A stretch of DNA of 64,000 nucleotides from a virus (taxonomy: Duplodnaviria > Caudoviricetes). Position 1 is the stretch's first letter; each line of letters begins with the position of its first letter. Below, one piece after another: positions 19,584 through 30,034 of this stretch. The DNA is taken from IMG/VR virus record IMGVR_UViG_3300046167_000801, one strand, 5' to 3'. Both the position numbers and the translations under genes were made by a program. The notes under the pieces were generated by a model. The model was not told the DNA's origin and ran no database searches. It saw only the letters and a list, made by a program, of their open reading frames with translations.

Positions 19584-20504
19584 CTATAGTAATCGTTGTG
19601 GCGGTGGGGTAAGTGTAGTTCTTGTCCACTTATAACCATACATTTCATAAACCTCTATATTATCATCACAATATTCTCTCATTAAGGGGGAAGTATATCT
19701 CCAAGGATATTCTAATGGAGTTTCATTAAATATATTAACCTGTGAGGTCGTACTAAAGATATAATCAGGATCGGTGGTATCTTCATGTAACCACTTACCA
19801 ATTATATGACCTTTCTGTTCTATAAGGGAAAAGTAAGGGGAATATACATTTGTGAATTGGTTTGACATTTTGGGACCTACATATTCCAAGTAAAGATCTA
19901 CAGGCATCTGTAGTTTATAATTGTTTGTTAATATGGGGATGTATGTATTGGTCAAGATATATGAATGTGCTCCTATACCTAAATGTGGGTGAGGTACTTG
20001 TATCATATCATCAATAGGGGAACCCGCTATTTGAGAGGTCGTTCTTCCAATCCATATAAGGTGGGAATAATACTTATGTATTTTTTCGAGGAATAATTTA
20101 TAGGTACCGTCATATATGTAATCAATAAGATTATTACTTGGACGGGCATCATCCTCAAGTATAAGGAATTTATCACCTATTGTCTTATGTGCAAGTTCCC
20201 ATACCTTTTTATGTGCAAGTCCAATACCTATCATATTCTCCGTAAGACCCGGCTGAGAACCCTTACCTTGTTGAAGATCGTGCCATTCACCCATCATCTC
20301 ACCACTTCTAAGTAGTTTACCTATATCAAAGTGACCTTTCTTATAATTTACTGAATCAATAAATTCATAATTAAAACCATCGAAGTATTTCCAATCGTCA
20401 ATAAAGGATTGTCTTCTCTTAATATTATCAGGATCACTGATAACGAATATTCTATCACATCCAAAGTTGTGTAAATCTATCTTTTTGTGTACGTACATAC
20501 CCAT
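19584..20504 (-). CDS. glycosyltransferase family 25
   Basis: IGLAHKKVWE ... LILEDDA ... GAHSYILT ... PVDLYL. Confidence 0.75.
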   Translation of the reverse strand: MGMYVHKKIDLHNFGCDRIFVISDPDNIKRRQSFIDDWKYFDGFNYEFIDSVNYKKGHFDIGKLLRSGEMMGEWHDLQQGKGSQPGLTENMIGIGLAHKKVWELAHKTIGDKFLILEDDARPSNNLIDYIYDGTYKLFLEKIHKYYSHLIWIGRTTSQIAGSPIDDMIQVPHPHLGIGAHSYILTNTYIPILTNNYKLQMPVDLYLEYVGPKMSNQFTNVYSPYFSLIEQKGHIIGKWLHEDTTDPDYIFSTTSQVNIFNETPLEYPWRYTSPLMREYCDDNIEVYEMYGYKWTRTTLTPPPQRLL

Positions 20505-20588
20505 AAATATAATACGTATAAAAGTTTTTAGGTAGGGTTTATGGTTAAATAATAATTTCCTAATATTTATATAGAAACATAATATAAG

Positions 20589-21623
20589 ATGAAGAAAATT
20601 AAACTTACCGAATCACAGGTAGCAAAACTTTTAAACGAGGATTCTTTTAAATCCATTAAAAATATATTTTGGCATTCAAGAAATTCACTTAAATCAGGTA
20701 ACGGTACTCTTGATAGAAACACAATAAGAAGTATCGCTAACAATTTATATGATGCAATGAAAGGTGCGGGTACTGATAATGATGCTATTACTGATAATCT
20801 TGAAAAATGTAAAAACTTACACGATTTTAAAAATGTGAGATATAAGTTCTACAAAATGTATAACGAAAAGTTACTTACTTGGTTAGATGGTGATATTGAT
20901 GGTGACGGTGAGTGGACTACAACAGTACTAAGACCACTACAACGTATTTATGATGTATCTAAAGCTGCGGGACATTTCAATCCACCTAAAAAAGTTAAAA
21001 CAAGTGAACTTGAAAAAGAAATAATGAAAACATTAGGATGTTTAAAAGATACACCTGGATATGAGTTCCAAAAAGACTCTTCTGATGGAAAAGGTATTTT
21101 CTTTAAATCAACTGAAGGTGAATTCTTCCTCTTTAAAGATGGAACGTTAGCTAAAAAGAAAGAGAATAGTAGGAAATACGATTATTTTAAAAATAAAACA
21201 GAGTGTACGGATTCGAAGTACATCTCAACCATTAATCAAAGGGATGGTGAGGTTACAGAAACTGATTCCCTTATGGAAAAGTCAGGTTTAAACTTAAACC
21301 CTGATGGGGTAGTCGGTTCTAAAACTGAACCAGAAGTAAAGTCAACAAGTACTACTAATAATACAACCACTACAGGAGATACAAAAACTAAATCAACCGT
21401 TGCAACAGCGGTAACTGCAAATGCGGGTGGATCCGTATCGGATTTCCAACAAAAACTGAAAGATGCAGGGTTTGGTAATAGTTTAGGTGCTGTAGATGGA
21501 AAATTAGGACCAAAGACAGCGAGAGCGGCTATGGAATTCATTAAATCAAAAGGTTTATTATCTGAAACTGATGAGTTACCACTAAATGAACAAATAAGTC
21601 AAAACTTTAAAAGATTTCTATAA
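20589..21623 (+). CDS. putative virion/ejection protein with annexin-like repeat and C-terminal peptidoglycan-binding domain
   Basis: LYDAMKGAGTDNDAI...F...Y...L...LDGD; FQQKL...GF...VDGKLGPKTARA. Confidence 0.65.
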   Translation: MKKIKLTESQVAKLLNEDSFKSIKNIFWHSRNSLKSGNGTLDRNTIRSIANNLYDAMKGAGTDNDAITDNLEKCKNLHDFKNVRYKFYKMYNEKLLTWLDGDIDGDGEWTTTVLRPLQRIYDVSKAAGHFNPPKKVKTSELEKEIMKTLGCLKDTPGYEFQKDSSDGKGIFFKSTEGEFFLFKDGTLAKKKENSRKYDYFKNKTECTDSKYISTINQRDGEVTETDSLMEKSGLNLNPDGVVGSKTEPEVKSTSTTNNTTTTGDTKTKSTVATAVTANAGGSVSDFQQKLKDAGFGNSLGAVDGKLGPKTARAAMEFIKSKGLLSETDELPLNEQISQNFKRFL

Positions 21624-21988
21624 TGAAGAAAATCAGACTTACAGAAGAACAATTAAATAGACTTGTAGAAACTACTACAGTCTTTAAAGACGAACACAAA
21701 ATGAAAGAAGATGTTGATTCGGAATTAGGTGAACAAACACAAGCCATAATGAAAGCAATTAAAAAGGCTGAAGAAGATAGTAAGAAATGTGAATGTGGAT
21801 GTGTTAAAGGTGAATGCAAGTGTGGACCTGATTGTAAGAAGTGTGACTGTGGTAAAGAAAAAGAAACTAAAGAGGATTGGAATCCTAATGCATCGGTAGG
21901 TACACAACCTGGTGGGTTAATGCAAGGAGCACACTTTCCTAAGTGGATACAAGAAAATAAGAATAACTTTAAAAGATTAATTAAGTAA
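21623..21988 (+). CDS. hypothetical protein with Cys-rich cluster
   Basis: MKKIRLTEEQ N-terminus; CECGCVKGECKCGPDCKKCDC. Confidence 0.65.
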   Translation: MKKIRLTEEQLNRLVETTTVFKDEHKMKEDVDSELGEQTQAIMKAIKKAEEDSKKCECGCVKGECKCGPDCKKCDCGKEKETKEDWNPNASVGTQPGGLMQGAHFPKWIQENKNNFKRLIK

Positions 21989-22311
21989 TGAAAAAAATAA
22001 CTTTAACAGAGGAACAATACAACAGACTATTTGAATCTAAGGTAGTTTCAGAACAAAATGAATCAGCGTGGACATCTATGGATGATGATGAGAAAAGAGA
22101 GTATCTTCAGAGTTTCACATCTGATGGAGATAAAATAGAACAAATGTTACGTAGTCCTGAGGATCCTACAAAAGAATTTGAAGGAATGAGTGATGATGGT
22201 TCAATAGGTGACATCTCTGTTGAAAGATCAACTTCAGAAATATTAGATGATATGGATGGAGATATAGATGAATTAAAAAGATCAATATCCGTGATTAAAT
22301 CACGTATGTAA
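21988..22311 (+). CDS. acidic hypothetical protein
   Basis: MKKITLTEEQ N-terminus. Confidence 0.65.
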   Translation: MKKITLTEEQYNRLFESKVVSEQNESAWTSMDDDEKREYLQSFTSDGDKIEQMLRSPEDPTKEFEGMSDDGSIGDISVERSTSEILDDMDGDIDELKRSISVIKSRM

Positions 22312-22341
22312 AAAATAAGGGACTTAGTTGTCCCTTTTTTT
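22311..22341. terminator. intrinsic terminator
   Basis: AAGGGAC-loop-GTCCCTTTTTTT. Confidence 0.75.
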
Positions 22342-22488
22342 ATGCAATAAAAAACACAATTGTATTATGCAAACTATTATAGTATCGGGGTTAGTAGTAG
22401 GTTCAGTAACTTACATAGTATATTATATGTTGAATAGACATAATAAATGCGGGTGTGGAACCTGTGTATGTTCAGGTCGATATAGAAA

Positions 22489-22621
22489 ATGATTTATAAA
22501 GTAAAAATAACTTACTTCAACAATGAGTCCTCTATAGAGGAATTTGATACGTCAGATATACAGTGGACTATGGAAGAATACCAAAGAAACAGAAAACCCT
22601 TTTCAATGGGAGATCCTTTAG
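22489..22621 (+). CDS. small hypothetical protein (likely true end ...KPFQWEIL*; extra T at ~22600)
   Basis: Removing one T in a T4 run ends the ORF at ~22621 and removes a 75-bp overlap with the minus-strand gene. Confidence 0.4.
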
Positions 22622-23442
22622 GTAACGGCTCTACCCTTCATCTGTTCCCAATCCCTTACAGTACGTACTTCATCATTAGTCGTCTCAGCTGAACTCAACA
22701 CGAAGTTATTTGTTCCGAGTTCATAAGTGAGTCTAATTATTGCTGATAAGTCCTTAGGGAAACAATGACCCCCAAATCCAAAGTCTCCATCATGTCCAGG
22801 TACTGACCAATGAGATTGACCTAATCTCTGATCTATAGTAGCATATTCTACTACCTTGTCATAATCAATCTCCAACTTATTACATAACTCGTACATCTCG
22901 TTTGCAAAGGAGACCTTTACAGCGAGGAACGTGTTCGTTAGGTACTTGACCATCTCGGCGTGTGTAGAACTCGTTTTAATGATCCGTGAGTTAGGGAACA
23001 CTTTAGAGAAGATCTGTTTTAGGTCGGTAGTATGTGGTCGGTCACCACCGAGAATTATTCTGTCTTGATTATCATAATCTTTTACTGCATTCCTCTCTGT
23101 TAGAAACTCAGGATTAAAGACTATATTAAGAAACTCATATTTTAGGTTTAGTTTTTCTGTGGTCCCACATATAACTGTAGATTTTAAGACGATAGTCTTA
23201 GGTGAATCAGTTATTTGGTTGACCTCTTCTAAAACCTCTTCTATAATGTCTATATTACAACTCCCATCAGTATTCATAGGAGTTGGTAGACAGACAAATA
23301 TATACTTAGAGTTTAATATTAAGTCTCTTAAAGTTGAGTTGTGATCCGATTTATATTTATCGTACGTTAGTACGTCATAATGGTTCTTAAATTTTTGGTA
23401 TACTGCATTTCCGACAAACCCTTGTCCTATTACTCCTATCAT
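22618..23442 (-). CDS. UDP-glucose/GDP-mannose dehydrogenase family protein
   Basis: GVIGQGFVG, VCLPTP, KSTV, FNPEFL, AEMVKY..NTFLA.K.SFANE, GFGGHCFPKD. Confidence 0.9.
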   Translation of the reverse strand: MIGVIGQGFVGNAVYQKFKNHYDVLTYDKYKSDHNSTLRDLILNSKYIFVCLPTPMNTDGSCNIDIIEEVLEEVNQITDSPKTIVLKSTVICGTTEKLNLKYEFLNIVFNPEFLTERNAVKDYDNQDRIILGGDRPHTTDLKQIFSKVFPNSRIIKTSSTHAEMVKYLTNTFLAVKVSFANEMYELCNKLEIDYDKVVEYATIDQRLGQSHWSVPGHDGDFGFGGHCFPKDLSAIIRLTYELGTNNFVLSSAETTNDEVRTVRDWEQMKGRAVT

Positions 23443-24365
23443 ATGTAATCTTTTGTTTCTAAATAATCTTTTAAGTTTATTGTTGTAAAATCTTCCCCTA
23501 CTACTCTGTGTAGTTTTGAGGAGTCTAATCCGTAACGTCTATCGTGTCCTAATCTATCAGGTACATTATTGAACTGTACGGGTTTCTTTAATATATCCCC
23601 TATCATACGTAATATTGATTTATTCGTATATCGATCCCCCGATCCGATATTCCATATACCGTACTCTTCTTTCATTAGTTTGAGTATCATCTTTACGTTG
23701 TCTTCCACCCAAATCCATTCTCTTACCTGAGACCCGTCTCCATAAAGTGGTACAGGTATCTCTTGATAGATACATTCCATTACCGTAGGTAAGAACTTTT
23801 CTAAGTGTTGATGGTCCCCATAATTGTTACAGGTCCTTGTGATAAGGTATGGAATACCATACGTCTTATTTGCCGATATTACTATTTGATCCGCCGAAGA
23901 TTTTGAGGCGGAATAATAAGACGATGGTTTACATACGTCCCCCTCACGAGATAAATGGTTTAATCCATAATGACTCTCCGTTAAATCTCCATAAACCTCA
24001 TCCGTTGATATTTGTACGAACTTCTTCAGTTTACTCATCCTACGTGCAATTTCTATTAAATTATACGTACCTAATATGTTTGTTTGTATAAATGGTGAAC
24101 CATCCTCTATAGAATTATCTACATGTGACTCCGCCGCAAAGTTTACAATGTAATCTACATCTCCTATCTCTTCGTACGTAATCTCACATATGTCCCGCCG
24201 AACGACCGTGACCCCTTCGGGGAGTCTTTCAGGGTTGGATGCATAAGTCATTTTATCTACCACGATAATTTCATGGTTCGTCTTGTTTGTGTGGTTACGT
24301 CGGTATAATAGATTTACAAATGATGAACCTATAAACCCCGCACCTCCTGTGACGAGTATTTTCAT
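23439..24365 (-). CDS. rfbB: dTDP-glucose 4,6-dehydratase
   Basis: TGGAGFIGS, NFAAESHVD, ISTDEVYG, YSASK, RTCNNYG, DRLGHDRRY. Confidence 0.9.
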   Translation of the reverse strand: MKILVTGGAGFIGSSFVNLLYRRNHTNKTNHEIIVVDKMTYASNPERLPEGVTVVRRDICEITYEEIGDVDYIVNFAAESHVDNSIEDGSPFIQTNILGTYNLIEIARRMSKLKKFVQISTDEVYGDLTESHYGLNHLSREGDVCKPSSYYSASKSSADQIVISANKTYGIPYLITRTCNNYGDHQHLEKFLPTVMECIYQEIPVPLYGDGSQVREWIWVEDNVKMILKLMKEEYGIWNIGSGDRYTNKSILRMIGDILKKPVQFNNVPDRLGHDRRYGLDSSKLHRVVGEDFTTINLKDYLETKDYI

Positions 24366-24448
24366 TTAATTAAAAAATTACGTTGTAAACTACAAAACAT
24401 ATATAACCACCGAATATGGTAAGTAATATCACGTTCTCTAGTTTTATC

Positions 24449-25177
24449 TTATTCTTCATAGGATAATTTATTAAGGTTTAAACTAAAGTCTTTTTCTTGA
24501 TCTAAAGTTGTACTCTTTACATTGGGATTTCTTTTAATTGCATAATCGTACGTACTCTTTCTTTCAGTACCTACGTTGATTACCCCCTGAATATTATTAT
24601 TAATCGATACGTTCATTATAAGTGGTGATATGACATCTACATAATCCTTTGAGGTATATAGGTTGTCATAACCATACTCGTATGGGAATTTATCTTTACC
24701 AAAACTCGTACGGATAATTAAATGGTCTTTTACAAACCTTACACTACATTCTCCCCCAAGTTTACTCCACGCATATAAATTATATGGATTCACAGGATCT
24801 TCTTCAGAATGATTACCTGTTCCATCATAAACATAGTCTGTGGAAATATAGACTAATCTCTTATCGTAACCTATACAGTAGTTGGATATATTGGAAGTAC
24901 CAATGATATTGGTTGTAATAAAATCAATTTCATTATCACTAACCTTATTATTGTCTATAAGAGCCGCAGTATGAATAATAATATCATAAGTGTCTAATAA
25001 TTTAAAAGAAGATGGTTTAGTAATATCCACCTGATCTTTAGTAAATAATTTTATGTTGGGATTACATACCTTTAACTGTTTGGCAAGTAAACCTCCACCA
25101 CCTAAAACCGCAATATTCTTAATTCCGTCATTCATATAAACGAATATGTCTCCTGGATAAATTCTACGTATCGACAT
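24449..25177 (-). CDS. rfbD: dTDP-4-dehydrorhamnose reductase-like SDR
   Basis: LGGGGLL, YISTDYVYDG, P.NLYAWSKLGGE. Confidence 0.75.
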   Translation of the reverse strand: MSIRRIYPGDIFVYMNDGIKNIAVLGGGGLLAKQLKVCNPNIKLFTKDQVDITKPSSFKLLDTYDIIIHTAALIDNNKVSDNEIDFITTNIIGTSNISNYCIGYDKRLVYISTDYVYDGTGNHSEEDPVNPYNLYAWSKLGGECSVRFVKDHLIIRTSFGKDKFPYEYGYDNLYTSKDYVDVISPLIMNVSINNNIQGVINVGTERKSTYDYAIKRNPNVKSTTLDQEKDFSLNLNKLSYEE

Positions 25178-25292
25178 CTATCCTTAATATACGTATTATA
25201 TTTATGAAAGTCCACCCCCCGACCGAAAAAAACCTCTCCTGACCCCTTCGGGGAGTGAATTTGTATATATTTATAATAAACATTTATTACCG

Positions 25293-26183
25293 ATGAAAAA
25301 AAAGACACTATTAGAAGACCTTAAAAGGATACACACCCTAACTTATGGTGATCATAAGACAAATATGATTGTTGAAGGGTTGTTTGACGGTGATGACACC
25401 AAAGCGGACGAGGTTTCTGATGATGTTAGTGAATTCATGGATAATTTAAAACAAAGTTCTATTAGTGGGTTATCCCAAGAAGAAAAGGGTGACATGGAAT
25501 ACAAGAAAAGTGTCGAATCCATGCAAATTTCGTTAGTTTTATTAGGTTATGAGTTACCTGTACATGGTATAGATGGTTTATTTGGTCCTGAAACTGCAGG
25601 TGCGGTAAAACAATTCATGAATGACAACCAAATAGAGGTTGGTAATGAGGAAATGTTATTAGTTACCCCCGAAGTAATGGATTTATTAACTAAAAAGGTA
25701 CAAGAAAAGGGTATTAATAGTGAAGATCTTAAAAAACACGTAAATAAACCCTTAAAACACGATGGTTCAATGGGTGAAAAGACCGATGGTGTAACAATTG
25801 CCACTTATTTAATGAAAAAACGATATTCTAAATCACAAGCGGCAGGAATTGCGGGTAATTTGTATGTAGAATCAGGTTATAGAACTGGTGTTATAGGGGA
25901 TAACGGTACTTCTTATGGTTTAGCTCAGTGGCACAAGACAAGATGGGAACGTTTGAATGAATTTTGTGAATCTGAAGGGTTAGACCCATCAGAAGCGGAG
26001 TCTCAACTAATATATTTGGATTGGGAACTACGTACACGTGAAAAAAGAGCGTATAAAGAGTTAATGAAGACCGATACTCCTTATGATTCTGCATATGCAT
26101 TTGCAAAATACTTCGAAAGACCACGTAGAATAAATCCTAAGAGAATGTCTAAAGCCGAAGAAATCTATAACCGTTTACCATAG
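25293..26183 (+). CDS. peptidoglycan-binding domain + phage tail-type lysozyme
   Basis: GIDGLFGPETAGAVKQF; QAAGIAGNLYVESG...GDNGTSYGLAQW...RW. Confidence 0.8.
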   Translation: MKKKTLLEDLKRIHTLTYGDHKTNMIVEGLFDGDDTKADEVSDDVSEFMDNLKQSSISGLSQEEKGDMEYKKSVESMQISLVLLGYELPVHGIDGLFGPETAGAVKQFMNDNQIEVGNEEMLLVTPEVMDLLTKKVQEKGINSEDLKKHVNKPLKHDGSMGEKTDGVTIATYLMKKRYSKSQAAGIAGNLYVESGYRTGVIGDNGTSYGLAQWHKTRWERLNEFCESEGLDPSEAESQLIYLDWELRTREKRAYKELMKTDTPYDSAYAFAKYFERPRRINPKRMSKAEEIYNRLP

Positions 26184-26191
26184 GTCATAAC

Positions 26192-27199
26192 ATGGATGTA
26201 AGGGTATATGATGAATGGAACATGGGGTGGTGGATCAACAATATAGTTGATGTAATAAAAACCATTTCGGAAAAACACATAGTATTTAAACAACCACAAG
26301 AATATGATTTTACAAATAATAATTTATCCTTATATAGTGAAATAAACGATTTATTAGTAAAACACGGTAAAAAATTAACGATTTATACGGGTGCTGAGTT
26401 TAATATAAAAATTAACCAATACAATTCGAATATAGAAGTAGAAATGTGGGACGGAATTCATTGGTTTATAAGAACAAATCAGTATGAACACACGGATTAT
26501 ACCAACATATCAACAAAACCACCCATACCAAACACATTATTCACCTCATTAGTGGGTTTAAAGATAGGTAGAGACCACCGTTTCTATATAATGAATGAAA
26601 TTTTCAAACATAATTTAAATGAGGATCTAAATTTGGCGGTAACCACGGATATAACCAAAGAGAACTTAAAGAACATCACAATATGTGATTATCCTTTGGA
26701 AAATGACCCAACTTATGTACCTATAGAACTAACACACTTTGAACCTAAGGAAATAATCCTTCCAAGTGAGGTTGGTAATAGGAATCAAGTCGAAATACCA
26801 ATAGAATATAAGAATTCTTCATTTGATATTGTTTTTGAAACAATATATGACTATTTTTTCGCTACAGAGAAGACACTTAGACCAATTTTTGATAAAAAAC
26901 CGTTTATGGTGTTTGCGTCACCTAATTTCCATAGTAAATTACAAGAAAACTATGGTTTTAAACTATTTAATAATATAATTGATTACTCGTTCGATAGTAT
27001 TGTGAATACCCGAGATAGATATGATGCCCAAATTCAACAATTAGTGAAGATTAGGGATAATTTTACCCCACGTGAGGTTTTTAACATGACCAAAGACATT
27101 TCACAATATAATTATAATAAAGTATTGGAGATGAAATCACTTAGAAGTAGTAAAATACCGAATAAGTATAAAGAATTTTTAAATGATAAGTTAGTATGA
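26192..27199 (+). CDS. glycosyltransferase-like hypothetical protein
   Basis: IVFET...FATEKTLRPI....PF.VF...GF..F...DYSFD motif common in phage glycan clusters. Confidence 0.5.
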   Translation: MDVRVYDEWNMGWWINNIVDVIKTISEKHIVFKQPQEYDFTNNNLSLYSEINDLLVKHGKKLTIYTGAEFNIKINQYNSNIEVEMWDGIHWFIRTNQYEHTDYTNISTKPPIPNTLFTSLVGLKIGRDHRFYIMNEIFKHNLNEDLNLAVTTDITKENLKNITICDYPLENDPTYVPIELTHFEPKEIILPSEVGNRNQVEIPIEYKNSSFDIVFETIYDYFFATEKTLRPIFDKKPFMVFASPNFHSKLQENYGFKLFNNIIDYSFDSIVNTRDRYDAQIQQLVKIRDNFTPREVFNMTKDISQYNYNKVLEMKSLRSSKIPNKYKEFLNDKLV

Positions 27200-27396
27200 G
27201 GGTAATTATAACCGAAAATCAACTAAAAAACATCATTTTAGAGAAAAAAAAGACTAAAAAAGAGGAAAAAGAGGACAAATTTGACCGTATTTCCTTCTAT
27301 TTGGACTTTTATAAGAACTTAACGCCTGATGAATTTGACATATGTAAGAAGGGTGATGAGATTATCATAACAATACCGCATAAAAAAGAGGACTAA
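27196..27396 (+). CDS. small hypothetical protein
   Basis: MRVIITENQL N-terminal motif. Confidence 0.6.
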   Translation: MRVIITENQLKNIILEKKKTKKEEKEDKFDRISFYLDFYKNLTPDEFDICKKGDEIIITIPHKKED

Positions 27397-27430
27397 TGTC
27401 CTCTTTAATATAAAAAATAACCTTTTTCAG

Positions 27431-27769
27431 TTATTTCTTTGATTTAGGTTTCCTACCTTTTCTTGGTTTACCTTTTACGGCATCGACCACGTCTCCTGTT
27501 TGATTTGTTAAGTTTCTCGCCGCATCAGCAACATCACCTAATTCCTCTTTTACCCGTTTAGCTCTACGCTTAACTTCTTTAACAGTGTCTTTCACATCTT
27601 CGACTTTGTCTTCGACAACATCAGGGATATAGTCATTATCTTCATCCTTAATCTTACCTTTCTTGATAAGGACAACTATTACTCCCGCTCCAATTGCTAA
27701 TAGCAATAAAATAATTAAAAGTGTTTTCATAAACTTGATTTTTATAATAAATACAGATAAATTATTCAA
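27431..27769 (-). CDS. membrane-anchored coiled-coil protein (start probably 27730)
   Basis: N-terminal TM helix, charged helical repeats. Confidence 0.6.
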   Translation of the reverse strand: MNNLSVFIIKIKFMKTLLIILLLLAIGAGVIVVLIKKGKIKDEDNDYIPDVVEDKVEDVKDTVKEVKRRAKRVKEELGDVADAARNLTNQTGDVVDAVKGKPRKGRKPKSKK

Positions 27770-27851
27770 ATGTAAAGTCTAAACATAAAATACCAACCGA
27801 CTTATAAATAAATTATATTATTTAATATGTAAAATACTAATATTTATTAAT

Positions 27852-28775
27852 ATGAGAAACTTACTAATATTAATATTTGCGTCATTACTCACATCATGTG
27901 GGTCCACCTATAAACTTTCAACATTAAATCACGACCCAAACTACCACATCGAAGGTACTGATGTTCAGGTTGATGTTATTGATAATGATTTTGATTTGGC
28001 GAGAAAGTTTAGGACTGACGATTCTTTCAGATGGGACTTTGCCAGATTCGCAATGAGACAAGACATGAGATGGCATTACGATTTTTATTGGGATAATAGA
28101 ATGTTTAGAAGAAGTCCGTTTGGTTCACCATTTAACTATTATTGGAACTCTCAACAGTATTGGTGGAATTGGGCAAGTAATTCACACTTCGGTATGGGAT
28201 TCAATCATTGGGATCCATTTGGGTTTAACAATTATGGTTGGGGTAGTAGATATTATGGTTATGGATACGGATGGAACAATGGTTATTACGGTAATGTTTG
28301 GGGATGGAGAAACAGAATGAATGACTATGCATGGAGTAATAGGTATAGAACTAATACCGTTTACGTAAATGGTAGAAGAGGTAGTACCATGAGTAATCAT
28401 GATAGGATAGGACAAGCGTCAATGATAGAATCTACTAAACGTAGAACTAACACGAGAACCAATAGAAGAGTCGTTGTTGATAAGGATATAGTTATTGATA
28501 AAACAATTATTAAACTTAGGAGGAGTAATAATAATATCAGAGTTTACGAAAACCCTAATAACGTCCCTAACAATATTAGAACTAACCCAATAAATTATAA
28601 CAGACCTGAAAACAATAGTAGAACTATTAGAAATTACAACAGACCCGAAAATAATAACAACACAAGATCAAATAACAATACGAGACCTACAAGAACGTAT
28701 ACACCTCCACCGACCAATAGAAATAACACAACGGTAAGATCGACGAGATCAGGAACAGTCAAACGAAATCGATAG
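27852..28775 (+). CDS. lipoprotein with W/G/Y-rich and N/R/T-rich low-complexity regions
   Basis: Lipobox LLTSC; NYNRPENN repeated twice. Confidence 0.65.
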   Translation: MRNLLILIFASLLTSCGSTYKLSTLNHDPNYHIEGTDVQVDVIDNDFDLARKFRTDDSFRWDFARFAMRQDMRWHYDFYWDNRMFRRSPFGSPFNYYWNSQQYWWNWASNSHFGMGFNHWDPFGFNNYGWGSRYYGYGYGWNNGYYGNVWGWRNRMNDYAWSNRYRTNTVYVNGRRGSTMSNHDRIGQASMIESTKRRTNTRTNRRVVVDKDIVIDKTIIKLRRSNNNIRVYENPNNVPNNIRTNPINYNRPENNSRTIRNYNRPENNNNTRSNNNTRPTRTYTPPPTNRNNTTVRSTRSGTVKRNR

Positions 28776-28777
28776 GT

Positions 28778-29125
28778 ATGGTTAGTCGATCCGTTTTGTG
28801 TGTGTTATTAAGTTTATTACCTTTTATTGTAAGTGGTCAAATGTGGAAAGAAAAAGATAAACATTACCATTATGGTGCGGGTGTTGTTGTGTCCACACTA
28901 ACATATGAATATGTTTACAGAAAGACTGAAGATAAAAAGAAGGCCCTCTTATATTCTGTAACCTCCGCAGTACTAGTTGGTACTTTAAAAGAATTGGTTG
29001 ATCATAATCAAAAGGGAAATCGATTTGATGGTAGGGATTTATTAGCAACCACTTATGGTGGACTAACCGTCGGACTTACATTTAGTTTATTTAGAAAAAA
29101 CAATCGTTCTAAACAGAGAAAATAG
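28778..29125 (+). CDS. YfiM/DUF2279-like membrane protein
   Basis: DK..HY..GA ... GTLKEL.D ... FD.RDLLAT..GG. Confidence 0.6.
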   Translation: MVSRSVLCVLLSLLPFIVSGQMWKEKDKHYHYGAGVVVSTLTYEYVYRKTEDKKKALLYSVTSAVLVGTLKELVDHNQKGNRFDGRDLLATTYGGLTVGLTFSLFRKNNRSKQRK

Positions 29126-29137
29126 ATATTTATTAAT

Positions 29138-29398
29138 ATGAATGTAACTATAACGGAAAAACAACTCAAAAACCTGACTCAAGGATTATCTGAAGATTTG
29201 GACTATCATAAAGTCAGTGATGCATCACCTGAAAAAGACAACTATATTATGTCTCAAAAAAACGAAGAAGATGATGTAGATGAGGGTAGTCGAACACTCG
29301 CAAGAACACGTAAGAAAAGATTATTTTCTAAGGCGGAGATTATGGCAAACCCTAATAGATACAAACTACACGATAAAAAATTAAAAGGACTTAAATAG
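29138..29398 (+). CDS. hypothetical protein
   Basis: MNVTITEKQL N-terminal motif. Confidence 0.6.
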   Translation: MNVTITEKQLKNLTQGLSEDLDYHKVSDASPEKDNYIMSQKNEEDDVDEGSRTLARTRKKRLFSKAEIMANPNRYKLHDKKLKGLK

Positions 29399-29888
29399 AA
29401 TAGGTAATTACACTTATTTCTTTTACAATAATGTTACCTTCAGAATCATTAACTAACTCCATTTCAACATCTTCATCGATACCGATCATACCTTTTGGTT
29501 CCTCGTTTTGATAATTAGTTGAATCCCAATCAACCTTAATTGTAATATACTCTTCAGTAGGGTCTTCACTACCTTCAGGGTAATAAACAACCTCAACATC
29601 AAGTTCTTCAGGACCTTGTACGTCATAAACTGACATATTTTTAATACCCCAACTACGATGTTCTTGATCTATCCTAAAACTTAATGTGTACTCTAAACCA
29701 TACCCAATATCTTCTATTTCTTGACCTTTAAATTTTAAATCAGAGGAGTAATTGAAATCAATCTTACATTTCATTTCATATCTATCATCATTAACCCCCT
29801 CATTAATTTCTTCTTGAGTTGTTTCTTCAGTAGATACGTATTCACTTATTTTATCCATCTGTTCCGTAGTTAAGACTATTTTTTTCAT
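29391..29888 (-). CDS. acidic hypothetical protein
   Basis: MKKIVLTTEQ N-terminal motif. Confidence 0.65.
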   Translation of the reverse strand: MKKIVLTTEQMDKISEYVSTEETTQEEINEGVNDDRYEMKCKIDFNYSSDLKFKGQEIEDIGYGLEYTLSFRIDQEHRSWGIKNMSVYDVQGPEELDVEVVYYPEGSEDPTEEYITIKVDWDSTNYQNEEPKGMIGIDEDVEMELVNDSEGNIIVKEISVITYSI

Positions 29889-30034
29889 TTCGTGTTAGTA
29901 TTTTATTATAAATATCTAAGTTTTAGTATTTATTCTATGAACTTGTTATCTGATTAGAATACGAATATAAAAAAAATTATTTGGATATTACAAAAATATT
30001 TTATTATATTTGTTGACAACAATTTATAAAAACG

